Shown here piece after piece: positions 1 through 21,200 of a DNA stretch of 64,000 nucleotides; positions within the stretch are counted from its first letter, which is position 1, and each line of letters starts with the position of its first letter. The stretch lies in assembly GCA_020137815.1 (NCBI GenBank), contig CM035362.1, forward strand, positions 310,001 to 374,000, read 5' to 3'. A model generated the notes under the pieces. That model searched no databases, had not been told where the DNA came from, and was given only the letters and a program-made list of their open reading frames with translations. The position numbers and the translations under genes were made by a program. The stretch comes from Hormiphora californensis. Its lineage: Eukaryota; Animalia; Ctenophora.

Positions 1-614
1 TAATCGTTCCTTGTACGCTGTTTTTGGTTGAGCCGTTTTGACCTACTTTTCGATGAGTTATGGGCATTTGAATGGAACCCACTCATCACCCAAAATCACA
101 GGTGATGCAAAGACAGTGGGACACCCTGTAATTTAAATATCTGTTGCGTTTTTCGACAATCAGTACAGATCTAGGGTTTTCTAGAATCTTCTTTTCTGAG
201 ATTTCTGAATTTCTAGAATCTCTCATAAGCAGTTATCCTTTTGTTCTACTATTTAGGCGAACGATAGTGAAGCTCTTAGGTATCGGAAGCGATTCTTAAG
301 ATCGCTGAATTAAGACGAAACAGTTAGAGAAAGAGAGTGAAATGAATATAGAGATGGAGAAATAGTATGGGTGAGAGAACCTGAAAGAGAGAGAGAGTGA
401 GAGAAAGAAATAGTAAGAGAGAGAGATAGAAAGAGAGATAAAAAGAGAGAGACCTATAAAAGTAGATAATCAAGGTATATATAACAGAACATTAGCTGTG
501 TGATGATGATGACCAATTACTATTGTAGGCTTGAACAGAATACGTAGCTATGGGGACAGTTATAATATCCCCTCAGCTATATCAGAGCTTAGTGACGTCA
601 TTATTACTCCTCTC

Positions 615-1140
615 TCTCTCCTAGTTCTCTCTTAGTTCTCTCTCCTAGTTCTCTCCCAGTTCTCTTTCCTAGTTCTCTCCTAGTTCTCTCTCCTAGTTCT
701 CTCTCCTAGTTCTCTCCTAGTTCTCTCCTAGTTCTCTCTCCTAGTTCTCTCTCCTAGTTCTCTCTCTCTCCTAGTTCTCTCTCCTGGTTGTCTCCCCTTA
801 TCTCTCCTAGTTCTCTCTCCTAGTTCTCTCCTAGTTCTCTCTCCTAGTTCTCTCCTAGTTTTCCCCTAGTTCTCTCTCCTAGTTCTCTCCTAGTTCTCTC
901 TTAGTTCTCTCTTAGTGTTAGTTAACTGCTCTGAGTTTCTTTCAGTGGCAGCATCTGTAAAGCTCTGCTGTCCCTGTAGAATATGGGCAGGATATAAATT
1001 TGAGTATTATTATTATTATTATTAGTTCTCTCCTGACTCCTATCATCTCCCCTAGTTCTCTCTCCTAGTTCTCTCCTAGTTCTCTCTCCTAGTTCTCCCT
1101 CCTAGTTCTCTCCTAGTTCTCTTCTAGTTCCCTCCTAGGT
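615..1140. repeat. (CTAGTTCTCTCTC)-like minisatellite
   Basis: Tandem 11-13 bp units. Confidence 0.9.
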
Positions 1141-3115
1141 CACTCTTAGTCACTGCGCTGGAAAGCACAAATGTGACCAATTTTAGCATAGTTTACTCTT
1201 CTCCCTCCCTTTTTACATCCTATCGCTCTAGACTAGACCGGGCGCATGCAGTGTCGGGTTGATCCTGCTCCCTACGGTTGCAATAGTCGATCCTGGTCCA
1301 TACAATAGTGATCCTGATCGTGGTTACCTCTTTAGGCCGGGGATGGGGGCTTCTTTAGCCGGATACATTACACTATTAACACACACGACTGTAGCAGTAC
1401 ATGCCCATTATTGTCACGTGAGTAATGGATCCTCATTGGTTTACTCTTCTCCTACCCCCTCCTTCTCTCTCTATCTTGCTCTCAATTCTCTGTCGCACTC
1501 CCTTTCTCAGTTCTCTACCTATATTTATCTCTCACTCTCTCACTATTTTCTCTCCTTCAGACTCTCACTCTCACCATCCTTCTTCTTGCAATTTACAGGC
1601 TTCTTTCTTTTCCATTAATCACTCATTCTCTTTTCTAACCTCCATCTCCAATCTAGTCTAGTTTTTCTGTCTTATATATTGCAAAACGATCTTACGTACG
1701 GTCAACCCTAATTCACTGGGGATTTCAAAGTTTTTTTCAGTATCATGATTGTCATGATTATGAGGGCAGCTTCCCTTTTTACGATTGTTTAATTGGATTT
1801 AATCAATGTTTAGGGACATATATTGGTGAAGATATCGGCTGGTTGCGTTCAAAATCCCATTCGATACATTCCCGAACTGTAAATGTAAATCTGTAACAAC
1901 AGTCTCTTCCCCTATCTATATTTTGCAAAAGACTTATTTATATGACTTTTGCAAAAGACATATAACGAGTCTTTGCTAACAAAGTTGTTCACGTCATGTT
2001 TCGAATAACTTCCATGTAAACGCGCGGTATGATCATGTTCCTTTGGCTTGGATCAGATCACTCCTTTTCCCAGCATGGTTCAGTTCCCTTATACTTTCTC
2101 TCTTCACTAATGCCGTGTGCTGTGTGCTCTATTTCCGGAAATTCCGTTAACATCATGACTTCATGCTCTCCTCTGGGTTTGAAAAAAGAGAGAGAGAGAG
2201 AGAGAGACGGAGAGATGGATGGAGAGAGAGAGAGATGAAAAAGAGAATGTTAAACCATTTTCTTCCTTAACCACTTATCTCTCTCTCTCTAACTTTTCTC
2301 TCCCTTCTTACTCGTGGCATTGGTAGACTGTTGGCGGGTCGTGGTTTTCCGACATACACGATCTTCTCTGACCTCTATCTATCTTGTTTTGGTATCTATT
2401 TATCTTATTTTGCCACTGTTTTTTTTGCACGTACACGTGGAAATACCCGGCTATTTCTCTATCTATGGGACTTAGGAATAGTTTTGAGTTTGTCAGTTGA
2501 TTATTTCACTATAATACATAGTGAAATAGCTGTGAAAACGAGAAGTCTCTATCTTTTTTTCGTTTGGCTTGAATATGGTTTATAAAAAGCGTCTCTCTTA
2601 TAAATGCGCACGCGTTCGCACACGTTCGCACATGCATGCCTTTTACATTGAAATTTCAGCAAATGGGAGCTAGACCTGTCTGTAACTTCAGTTCCAGATG
2701 AGATAGAGGCTTCAAATTTTTAACTTAAGCCAATGACACCGATACGAGCCGGGTATACATTCCAAATTTCAAACGGATGAAAGGGAGCCACGCTATAGCC
2801 TTCTGGAATATGGATTTTCAGCCAAACACCCATAAAACGTATAACTGCGTTTCTGGTGGCGCTTTTTGTGATAATCAACCGACAAACTAGGAAACAGATT
2901 TGGAAACAGATTTTGGAAACATATTTGGGTCAGACCGGTTTGGACAAACCGTCCGGTTTATAATGGGAATATCCTCTAGTGGATATGCCAATCAAAGATA
3001 ATAGCTTCTACGGCCTCTTGTTTGACCAACTGTATCTATCTATCTTGTTTCAGTATCTTTCTGTCTACCTATTTATCTTAGGTATCTTTTTCCGGTTTTG
3101 TGTGGTTCTTTCTTA

Positions 3116-3988
3116 GGCCGGGTCCAGACGAGTGGTAGGTAGCTACTATGGTAGGCTACTATGGTAGATATCTACCACAGCTACCACTCGTCTGTACACC
3201 TATATCTACCATAAGCTACTATGGTAGGCGGTTATAGGTCGAGGTATTACCGCCTACTATAGTAGCTTACCATAGTAGGCTACTATAGTAGGTGGTCACT
3301 CGTCTGTTCACCCTCTGACCGCCTACCATTGTAACTTGTTATCACATCTTTCTGCATGGGGCATAAGAAATTTGATACCCCGATGATTACAGAAGTATCA
3401 TGGTAGATGTGTCAGAGGGTGGCCAGACGAGTGGTAGCTAGCCTACCATAGTAGCTTTACTACCACTCGTCTGGACAGTTCCCAGCTACTATGGTAGCTT
3501 ACTATGGTAGCCTACCATAGTAGCTACCTACCACTCGTCTGTACACCTATATCTACCGGGTCCAGACGAGTGGTAGGTAGCTACTATGGTAGGCTACTAT
3601 GGTAGATATCTACCACAGCTACCACTCGTCTGTACACCTATATCTACCATAAGCTACTATGGTAGGCGGTTATAGGTCGAGGTATTACCGCCTACTATAG
3701 TAGCTTACCATAGTAGGCTACTATAGTAGGTGGTCACTCGTCTGTTCACCCTCTGACCGCCTACCATTGTAACTTGTTATCACATCTTTCTGCATGGGGC
3801 ATAAGAAATTTGATACCCCGATGATTACAGAAGTATCATGGTAGATGTGTCAGAGGGTGGCCAGACGAGTGGTAGCTAGCCTACCATAGTAGCTTTACTA
3901 CCACTCGTCTGGACAGTTCTCAGCTACTATGGTAGCTTACTATGGTAGCCTACCATAGTAGCTACCTACCACTCGTCTGGACCCGGCC
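3116..3988. mobile_element. PIF/Harbinger-type MITE, internally tandem-duplicated
   Basis: TIR GGCCGGGTCCAGACGAGTGGTAGGTAGCTACTATGG at both ends, TTA TSD, about 438-bp unit present twice. Confidence 0.8.
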
Positions 3989-4164
3989 TTACACAAAGGA
4001 AAACTACTGTTTAGTTTGGTGGTTGTTTCTTACCATTATATCAATATCACCTCTGTTCTTGGAATATATCGTAATGCTAATAATGCCATGATTTTTAATA
4101 CTTTGTTACTTAATGCTTTTGTTACTTATCTTTGCCGAGTAATTGAAAGCAACTCTGTCTTTCT

Positions 4165-4261
<97 letters not shown>

Positions 4262-5092
4262 ACTCTCACTCTCCCTCTCTCTCTCTCTGAAAATGAGGTC
4301 AGAAAGATAATCTGTGCTTGTATTTCTAATGATTTGGTTGCAATGAGTCCGAGTAATTCTACATTCTAGAGCTCTTCTTTTGTGATTCCAAGCTACTTGA
4401 CTTCTCTTTGTATCTTCCTTCTTTCTACTGGATCTCTCCATTTATCTTCCTTCCTTCCTTCGTTTTACTGGATTATCTTTCCATCCTTCTGTCTCCCAAC
4501 AAGACTATGAACTCAATTTCCCCCTCTCGCCAGGTACTTCAATGATTGTTCTAGCCAAATTAGATGATATATTGTTACTCATTACAGCTCTTGAAATTGA
4601 GAGCTCAATTGCCGTTTTAGAAGCTATTCAAATTATCTTATCTCTTGTTATTGTTCAGCTAATAACTGCAGTTATACAGCCACACAGCTGAGCCAACTAG
4701 TTACCATGTCTTGACTGCTTGCAGTGATCTCCGTTTTGCCATTTTATCTTCAATTTACTGTACCCAAATCATTCCCCCAGTGGTCTTGGGTGATCTTCTT
4801 GGGGACCTCTTAGCTTACAATATAATATTTGGATAGTGTTTTGCCTAGATTATATATTATTATTTTGTTTTTTCACCAACACACATCCCTGATTTAATCC
4901 CTGAGTCTAATCCTTCCTTTATATATATATTTCGTAATCACCTCATTATCTCTCTCCTTCCAATCACCTCATTATCCCTCTCCCCTAACTCGACTCCTTC
5001 CAATCTAGGTTCCTCCACACTATAGAATATATCAGCTCCAATTATATACCACCCCATAATGTGCACCGTCACATGAGCAACAATACCTCGAC

Positions 5093-14479
<9,387 letters not shown>

Positions 14480-15795
14480 TAGGGGTGTTTGGGAGCTTCT
14501 TATATTGTGTGTGAATTTATTATAGATCAGTGAGATTAGTGAAAGAGAGAGAGATAGAACTGTTTGTAGTGGAGTGTTTGTTACGCCTATTTATGGAGTT
14601 ATTACCCGTTTCTTGTGTACTACCATATATAGGCATAACAAGTTAGGATCGGTTGGGTTATTCAGTGTTGCCGTGGGGATATTAATCGGTGACAAACAAA
14701 AACTAGCCGGTTTAGGAATCTGAGATCATGGCAGAAATTGGTTTATTTCATTAAATTTCTGTAACATATTAGTATGATTTGAATTTTAACTACACTAAAT
14801 TGTACGTCTTTTGAAATTTGTTTTGGGGTTGTGTTGGGAAGTTAATGGAATTCAGCCGTGGATTCCAAACCCGTTGTAGCTCTCAGTCTTCCCCTGCATT
14901 GGCCATTTCTTTGCCAAATAAATAAAAGATATAATACAGTTCATACTGATGGGTTACAACGAGATTTATGAGAGAGTGTACGAGGTGTATGTCTGAATAG
15001 AGCTGTTAAGCTGTCAAATATTATTTAATGGAGGATAGATACATCATCACTTAATCCACCGAGGGCGCAGCCTGAGTGGATTAAGTAGCTCGTGAGCCCG
15101 CAGGGGCCAGGGCGAACAGAATTCGTTATTCTAAAAACTCGACCAGAGGGAGGGTTTTTAGAGTACCTCTGGCACGACCGTTTGGGAGTGATAGAGGTTT
15201 ACTTAGCCCACGAACGAAGTGAGTGAGCTAAGTTTACGAATTTAGGAGAGATGATGTGCCACAGCTGTTCAGCTTCAAAGTTAGTGGTACCTACTATTGC
15301 ATTGCATCACGTAATCATAATAGTGAAGGAAATTCACGTACAGATAATGCTCACCCTCACTCTAAAAAACGGGCGTAAATGAGATATACCTACTACCTAC
15401 CCTACTCCGTAGTATATAGCATCTCTGATGAACACAAAATAAACTGCAGTCTCGTTAAACTGTAAATTTTATTTACGCAACAGTAATAGCAGCCAATATT
15501 AAGATCTTTCTACTTTATAGCATCAGCGGTAAGATTCAATGGATCCAAGAAACTTTGCTTGGTGTTTCATGAGTAAAATGAAGGTTGTATCTCTAACAGC
15601 ACATTTTGGGAGGTGATATTCCTATGTGTTGTCAGAGCATTGGCTTGCAAGAACTGTGTGGCGGAAAGGGATCCTGTTGTTTAATGTTTTAGCCTGCCAC
15701 GTGTGTCTTCCACAGTGTCAGGTGACTCAAGCCTAGTCCAGGTTTTTGATATAGAACATCACTTTTAGGTCTCCTCTCCTACAGTTGCTGTTGTA

Positions 15796-16848
15796 TTACA
15801 AAACTGACGAACTAAGTTGTATATTCCTTCTACTACTTCCAGTCACCCCAGACCCCCTACGACCTCGCCTCCCCCGGACATCATCAGTCAGGGCAAGGTA
15901 TATCACTGGATTGAAAACAGAGCTGACAACTGGAGATATCAGCGTGGCAGTGTAGTAGAGGGTAGTAAATGTGAGGGTCCGCTTCCCCATCTCTCTGACA
16001 AGATCCTCCCATGTCCTCGCTGGTTGTGTGTTACTAGTTGAGTAAAGCACATTAATCAGACCAAATAGAATGAAACTGACCAAGCTGACAGCGTTCATTA
16101 GCAGGATCTTCAGGGTGCCCTTGATAGAGCGGGGTGTGGTGGCTGATACCGGGTTAAGGTATCTCCACGCCATGTAGGATAATGTTAGGGCACTGGATAC
16201 AACTCCTGCTGCTTGAATAACTGTGTTAGCAGAACCGAATATTTGTACAATTAGCGTTCTGGAGATATAGAGGTCCCCCAAAGTTGATCCTAATAATGGG
16301 TTACATGTTTGTGAGTAGGTCGCGAATATGGCAGAATTCGGCCAGTCGACAGGGTAAAGCACTGCAAGCTTTAAAATATTCACGCTAAATAGCACAAGTA
16401 AAGGTGAGACAAAGTATCGCTGAGGGATGTGTCGAAGTGGTCGGGTGATGTGAAGCAACCTTGCCAATGTTAACACCCCTGTGATTTGTATCGGCCCGAA
16501 TGAGAAAAACCACATGCCAGTCGTATAAACAGCACAAGGAATCGTTCCATTCGGTCGCAGGTAAAGGTAGTACCGTTCCGAGCAGATATCTTTCTGGTCG
16601 CTAGAAAAACAGTTCTGGTCTTTTGGTTGCCACAGTCCGAAAGCTTGTCTCCACGCGAGATAGGGACACGAGATCAGATCGAACCCGGCAAGGATGAGAA
16701 AGAGGGTTCGGGCGATAGAGGATCGTTTCTTGTGATTGTGGTAGAGAACTAGGCAGTTGAGGGGAATTGAAATGAGGGGAAGAATTAGGAAACACACCAT
16801 GAGGGGGAAATCTGGGATTGAGGTGCCTCCCTCACTGAATATTGCCAT
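15796..16848 (-). CDS. Intronless rhodopsin-class (family A-like) 7TM GPCR, 350 aa
   Basis: Seven hydrophobic segments, TM1 N (PLNCLV), TM2 LAxxD (LAGFD), degenerate DRY (LARL..I.RPL), TM7 NPVIY. Confidence 0.85.
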   Translation of the reverse strand: MAIFSEGGTSIPDFPLMVCFLILPLISIPLNCLVLYHNHKKRSSIARTLFLILAGFDLISCPYLAWRQAFGLWQPKDQNCFSSDQKDICSERYYLYLRPNGTIPCAVYTTGMWFFSFGPIQITGVLTLARLLHITRPLRHIPQRYFVSPLLVLFSVNILKLAVLYPVDWPNSAIFATYSQTCNPLLGSTLGDLYISRTLIVQIFGSANTVIQAAGVVSSALTLSYMAWRYLNPVSATTPRSIKGTLKILLMNAVSLVSFILFGLINVLYSTSNTQPARTWEDLVREMGKRTLTFTTLYYTATLISPVVSSVFNPVIYLALTDDVRGRRGRRGSGVTGSSRRNIQLSSSVL

Positions 16849-18207
16849 CCTCCTGTATCGATTATTAGGAGTTAAATTATTTAGGAAATCTTATCTTGAG
16901 TTATCGTGATTACTGATTTATCAATTGGACTCAAGAATGTCTCAATGTCAAGTCAAAGATGCTATAAAATACAACGGTAAAGTAATACAAAGAATAAACT
17001 TACTCTCCCTCTATAGCTACCTTTTTTAGTTTCTATAACTATCTCACTTCTAAAATAAACTGGGAGAAATGTGCAACAATTCTCTCCCCCTTTACCTCCA
17101 CTATTTTCTATGTTTCTCACCCAGACGGATGTAGATCTCCTAGTGTGTAGGTTAATGGTTCTGTCTGGCTGGTTTAAAACTGATCTGTCTCTACCCCTGG
17201 TCGTAAGAGTCCTGGTCTGATCTGGTGTCGTTAGATATCATCTGAAAATGAATCATTGATTAGCTGGAGTCCCTTTATTTACCGATTTTATGTTTCATAA
17301 ATTTCCCCATCGTGTTGTTCAGATATTAATAGATTTGTTCTCGGTTGAATGAGGTTGTTCAGGAATCCCCCCCCCCCCCGTCTAACTGCTTTACTATTAT
17401 ACGATCTCCGCAGCTAAACCCCCTGAACCTGTACAAGATATGACACAACATTTGAAGGTTGGATATATATATAAAAACTATATTCACAACAACAATAATA
17501 AGCGGGTCAAGAAAACACATCTTTGTTACTACTGAATCCTTCATCGCGACAAAGGGATGATATACACATCACTTTAAATCGGTCTCGATTCTGAACGCTC
17601 TAAACATATATAACTCAAAAAGCAGAAATTTCAATATAACGCCAAATCCATACGTTTAGTTTTCCAAAACACAGCTCAAAATCATTTAAAAGTCAAATAG
17701 GTTAAATAGTTAGGTATAGGCTGAGGGTAGTTAGAATAAATTAAGATTGATGATTAGTGGAAGCCCTACGGTTTTTGCCACGCTACCGTGGGAAAACCGT
17801 AAGAGCTTCCACTACACATTTAGTTGGTCGATCTTCAAACTCTATATTTCTCAAGAAACAGATCATCTACATACAGTGCTGCTTGTAGTGGGAATACGGT
17901 GTCTGAATAATACGGTATTTGACCATTACGGTTTCTGAAATACATATGTATTATATTTGAAATACATTATATATATTTCGGTGTCACGTGTTGTCAATCT
18001 GGCGCTCTGATTGGTCTCGTCTTACCGTTTTTCACTGACACCGTGTTGAACCGATACCTTATTCTCACTACAAGCACCCATGATATAATATCCTTCTCAA
18101 CTGTATCTCTCTGTCTCAAGATACATACATATCACCTACAATATATCCTCAATTGACACAGAGAATCTTTCAGAGACAACTCATATCTTTATACATCTAC
18201 AGCTCCT

Positions 18208-21200
18208 TCACCTCTCAAACATATGATTCTGGTGGTGATGATGATGGAGACTGGTCGTGGAATCCTCGGTACTGACTTTCTGGAATTCATACTCCGCAAC
18301 ACGCATCCTCTCTGCTGCTAGCTCCTGGGAACGCTGCATCTGAGAGGTGGGTTGGTTGTTAGGGAAATGCATCTGAGAGGTGGGTTGGTTGTTAGGGAAA
18401 CGTATCTGAGAGGTGGGTTGGTTGTTAGGGAAACGTATCTGAGAGGTGGGTTGGTTGTTAGGGAAATGCATCTGAGAGGTAGGTTGGTTGTTAGTTCACA
18501 CGGGGGGAGGGGGAGGGCCTCTGGTTGCACAGTGGCCTTTTTCATGGGAGTAGGTGGTCACTAAGGAAAATATTTTTTTGAACCTATCTGGTAGCTTTTT
18601 TGACGTAGAATCAAATGCACCCCTCACTCATGCCTTGATTTTTTGAGGAAAGTGGTGTTTTTCCAAAAAGAAGGGTAATTGAAAAATTTTCGAAAAAATT
18701 TTTATGAGCTTATCTGGTAGCTTTTTTGACGTAGAATCAAATGCACCCCTCACTCATGCCTTGATTTTTTGAGGAAAGTGGTGTTTTTCCAAAAAGAAGG
18801 GTAATTGAAAAATTTTCGAAAAAATTTTTATGAACTTATCTGGTAGCTTTTTTGACGTAGAATCAAATGCACCCCTCACTCATGCCTTGATTTTTTGAGG
18901 AAAGTGGTGTTTTTTCAGTTTTTAGTCTTTTTAGGCTTCTTTGACAACCATACTTAAAATTTAGCTGGAGCAGGTGAAATGGGGATCCATAACAATTTAA
19001 ATGTGGTTGATAGTAAGAAATCGAACAAATTTATATCTCATTCAAAATTTTTTTTTCAAACTTCATCCAGGGCGTTTTTATGGTCAAAAAACGAAGAAAA
19101 CTTGATTTTTCGACCATAATATACAAAAGTACGCACTTGAAACCTTTTTTATCTGAAAGGCCAGACAATTTCCTATCTTTTGGTCTATAGGACATCGATG
19201 AGGTTCGATGAGGAGGCTGGGGAGAAAGCGTTAAAGAAGGCGTGTTTGTTTACTTTAAAAAAACGATCTTTCAAAAGTTTGAGACCCAACTAAACACATT
19301 TTCCGACCTTATTTTACACGTAGAATCGATTGCCGATAGAATTGGGACTCTAATATTGAAGGATAACGGTGCAAATCATATGTTGTTAGACCATGAATTT
19401 TGTTAAGCTTGGATTATCCGATGGGTAGACACTAGACATGTTCCTGCAAAAAGGAATTATACATTTTAACGCCTTGTAATAGTCGACCCATTCTCGCTCC
19501 TCGGAGCCCTCTAATTCACCGGCAGGTGCAGGAGCCAATCAGCAGCAGTGAGGAGAACGAAGAAGATCAGTAGATGCCCACCATTTCATTATAATCTATT
19601 ATTTGCTTTTTATCTCATCATCTTGACCACTTTTATGCAAAAAAAGGACCACACAAAGACGAAAAAACGTGTTTTCACCGTTATCCTTCAATATTAGAGT
19701 CCTAATTCTATCGGCAATCGATTCTACGTGTAAAATAAGGTCGGAAAACGTGTTTAGTTAGGTCTCAAACTTTTGAAAGATCGTTTTTTTAAAGTAAACA
19801 AACACGCCTTCTTTAACGCTTTCTCCCCAGCCTCCTCATCGAACCTCATCGATGTCCTATAGACCAAAAGATAGGAAATTGTCTGGCCTTTCAGATAAAA
19901 AAGGTTTCAAGTGCGTACTTTTGTATATTATGGTCGAAAAATCAAGTTTTCTTCGTTTTTTGACCATAAAAACGCCCTGGATGAAGTTTGAAAAAAAAAT
20001 TTTGAATGAGATATAAATTTGTTCGATTTCTTACTATCAACCACATTTAAATTGTTATGGATCCCCATTTCACCTGCTCCAGCTAAATTTTAAGTATGGT
20101 TGTCCAAGAAGCCTAAAAAGACTAAAAACTGAAAAAACACCACTTTCCTCAAAAAATTAAGGCATGAGTGAGGGGTGCATTTGATTCTACGTCAAAAAAG
20201 CTACCAGATAAGTTCATAAAAAAATTTTCGAAAATTTTTCAATTACCCTTCTTTTTGAAAAAACACCACTTTCCTCAAAAAATCAAGGCATGAGTGAGGG
20301 GTGCATTTGATTCTACGTCAAAAAAGCTACCAGATAGGTGCAAAAGAAAATTTTCGTCAAATTCTTAGTGACCACCAAAAGGCCACTGTGGGTTGAGTTG
20401 TTGAGTAACAAATATTGAAGACAATTGTCGACAATGTACATGTAAGAGAGTGAGGGGAAGGTCTCACTATGAAATGTAGTATGCGGGTTAATTTACCTGG
20501 TTACGCTTTTGCAGCCGGTTAGTAACATCCGATATAAGAGACTTGAGGAAGGCCAGGGAGTTGAATACATGCTGCAAGGCCTCTAACGTCTTGTACTCCA
20601 AGTTGTAACTCTGCTGAGAGTGTTTACAGGGTGTTAAAGTGTGTTCACACACCATATATGGACAACACGTGACACACAACTCACCTCCGGAGATGAGGTA
20701 TGGTTGATAGCCGCTGCTTGAAGGGCCACTTTCCCACTTAACCCGTCCAGCCTCAACTAAATATGGGTAGAGAGATGTATGCTAGTTTAATTAAAATTTT
20801 AAACTGGACAAAGGTTTTAAAATTTTATAAGCGGATTGACGGAAAACTAGAACAAGATTAATTGCATTATGTTCTGACATAATGCTGAATTTCCCTGCCA
20901 TGTCAATCTATGAAGAAAGGAAATCATGACCAGATCCGCTGTAGCAGCAAGCGGGACACAAAATCCCGATCATTTATATATCACACAAACAGTATAGAGC
21001 AAATCCTTGTGTTTTAGTAGCACTAAGTTGCGCGCCACGCCGCCACATTGCGCGCCACACATTTCCTGAAAACGTGCCAATGAAGTGGTTTATGAAGGAG
21101 CAGCTCGTAACTGTGTGCGCGGCTCTTGTTGCTACACCGTTGCCCCTCGCAACTAAAGTGTGACCAAAAATGTCCCTCTACCGATTAGTTAGTATACCAA

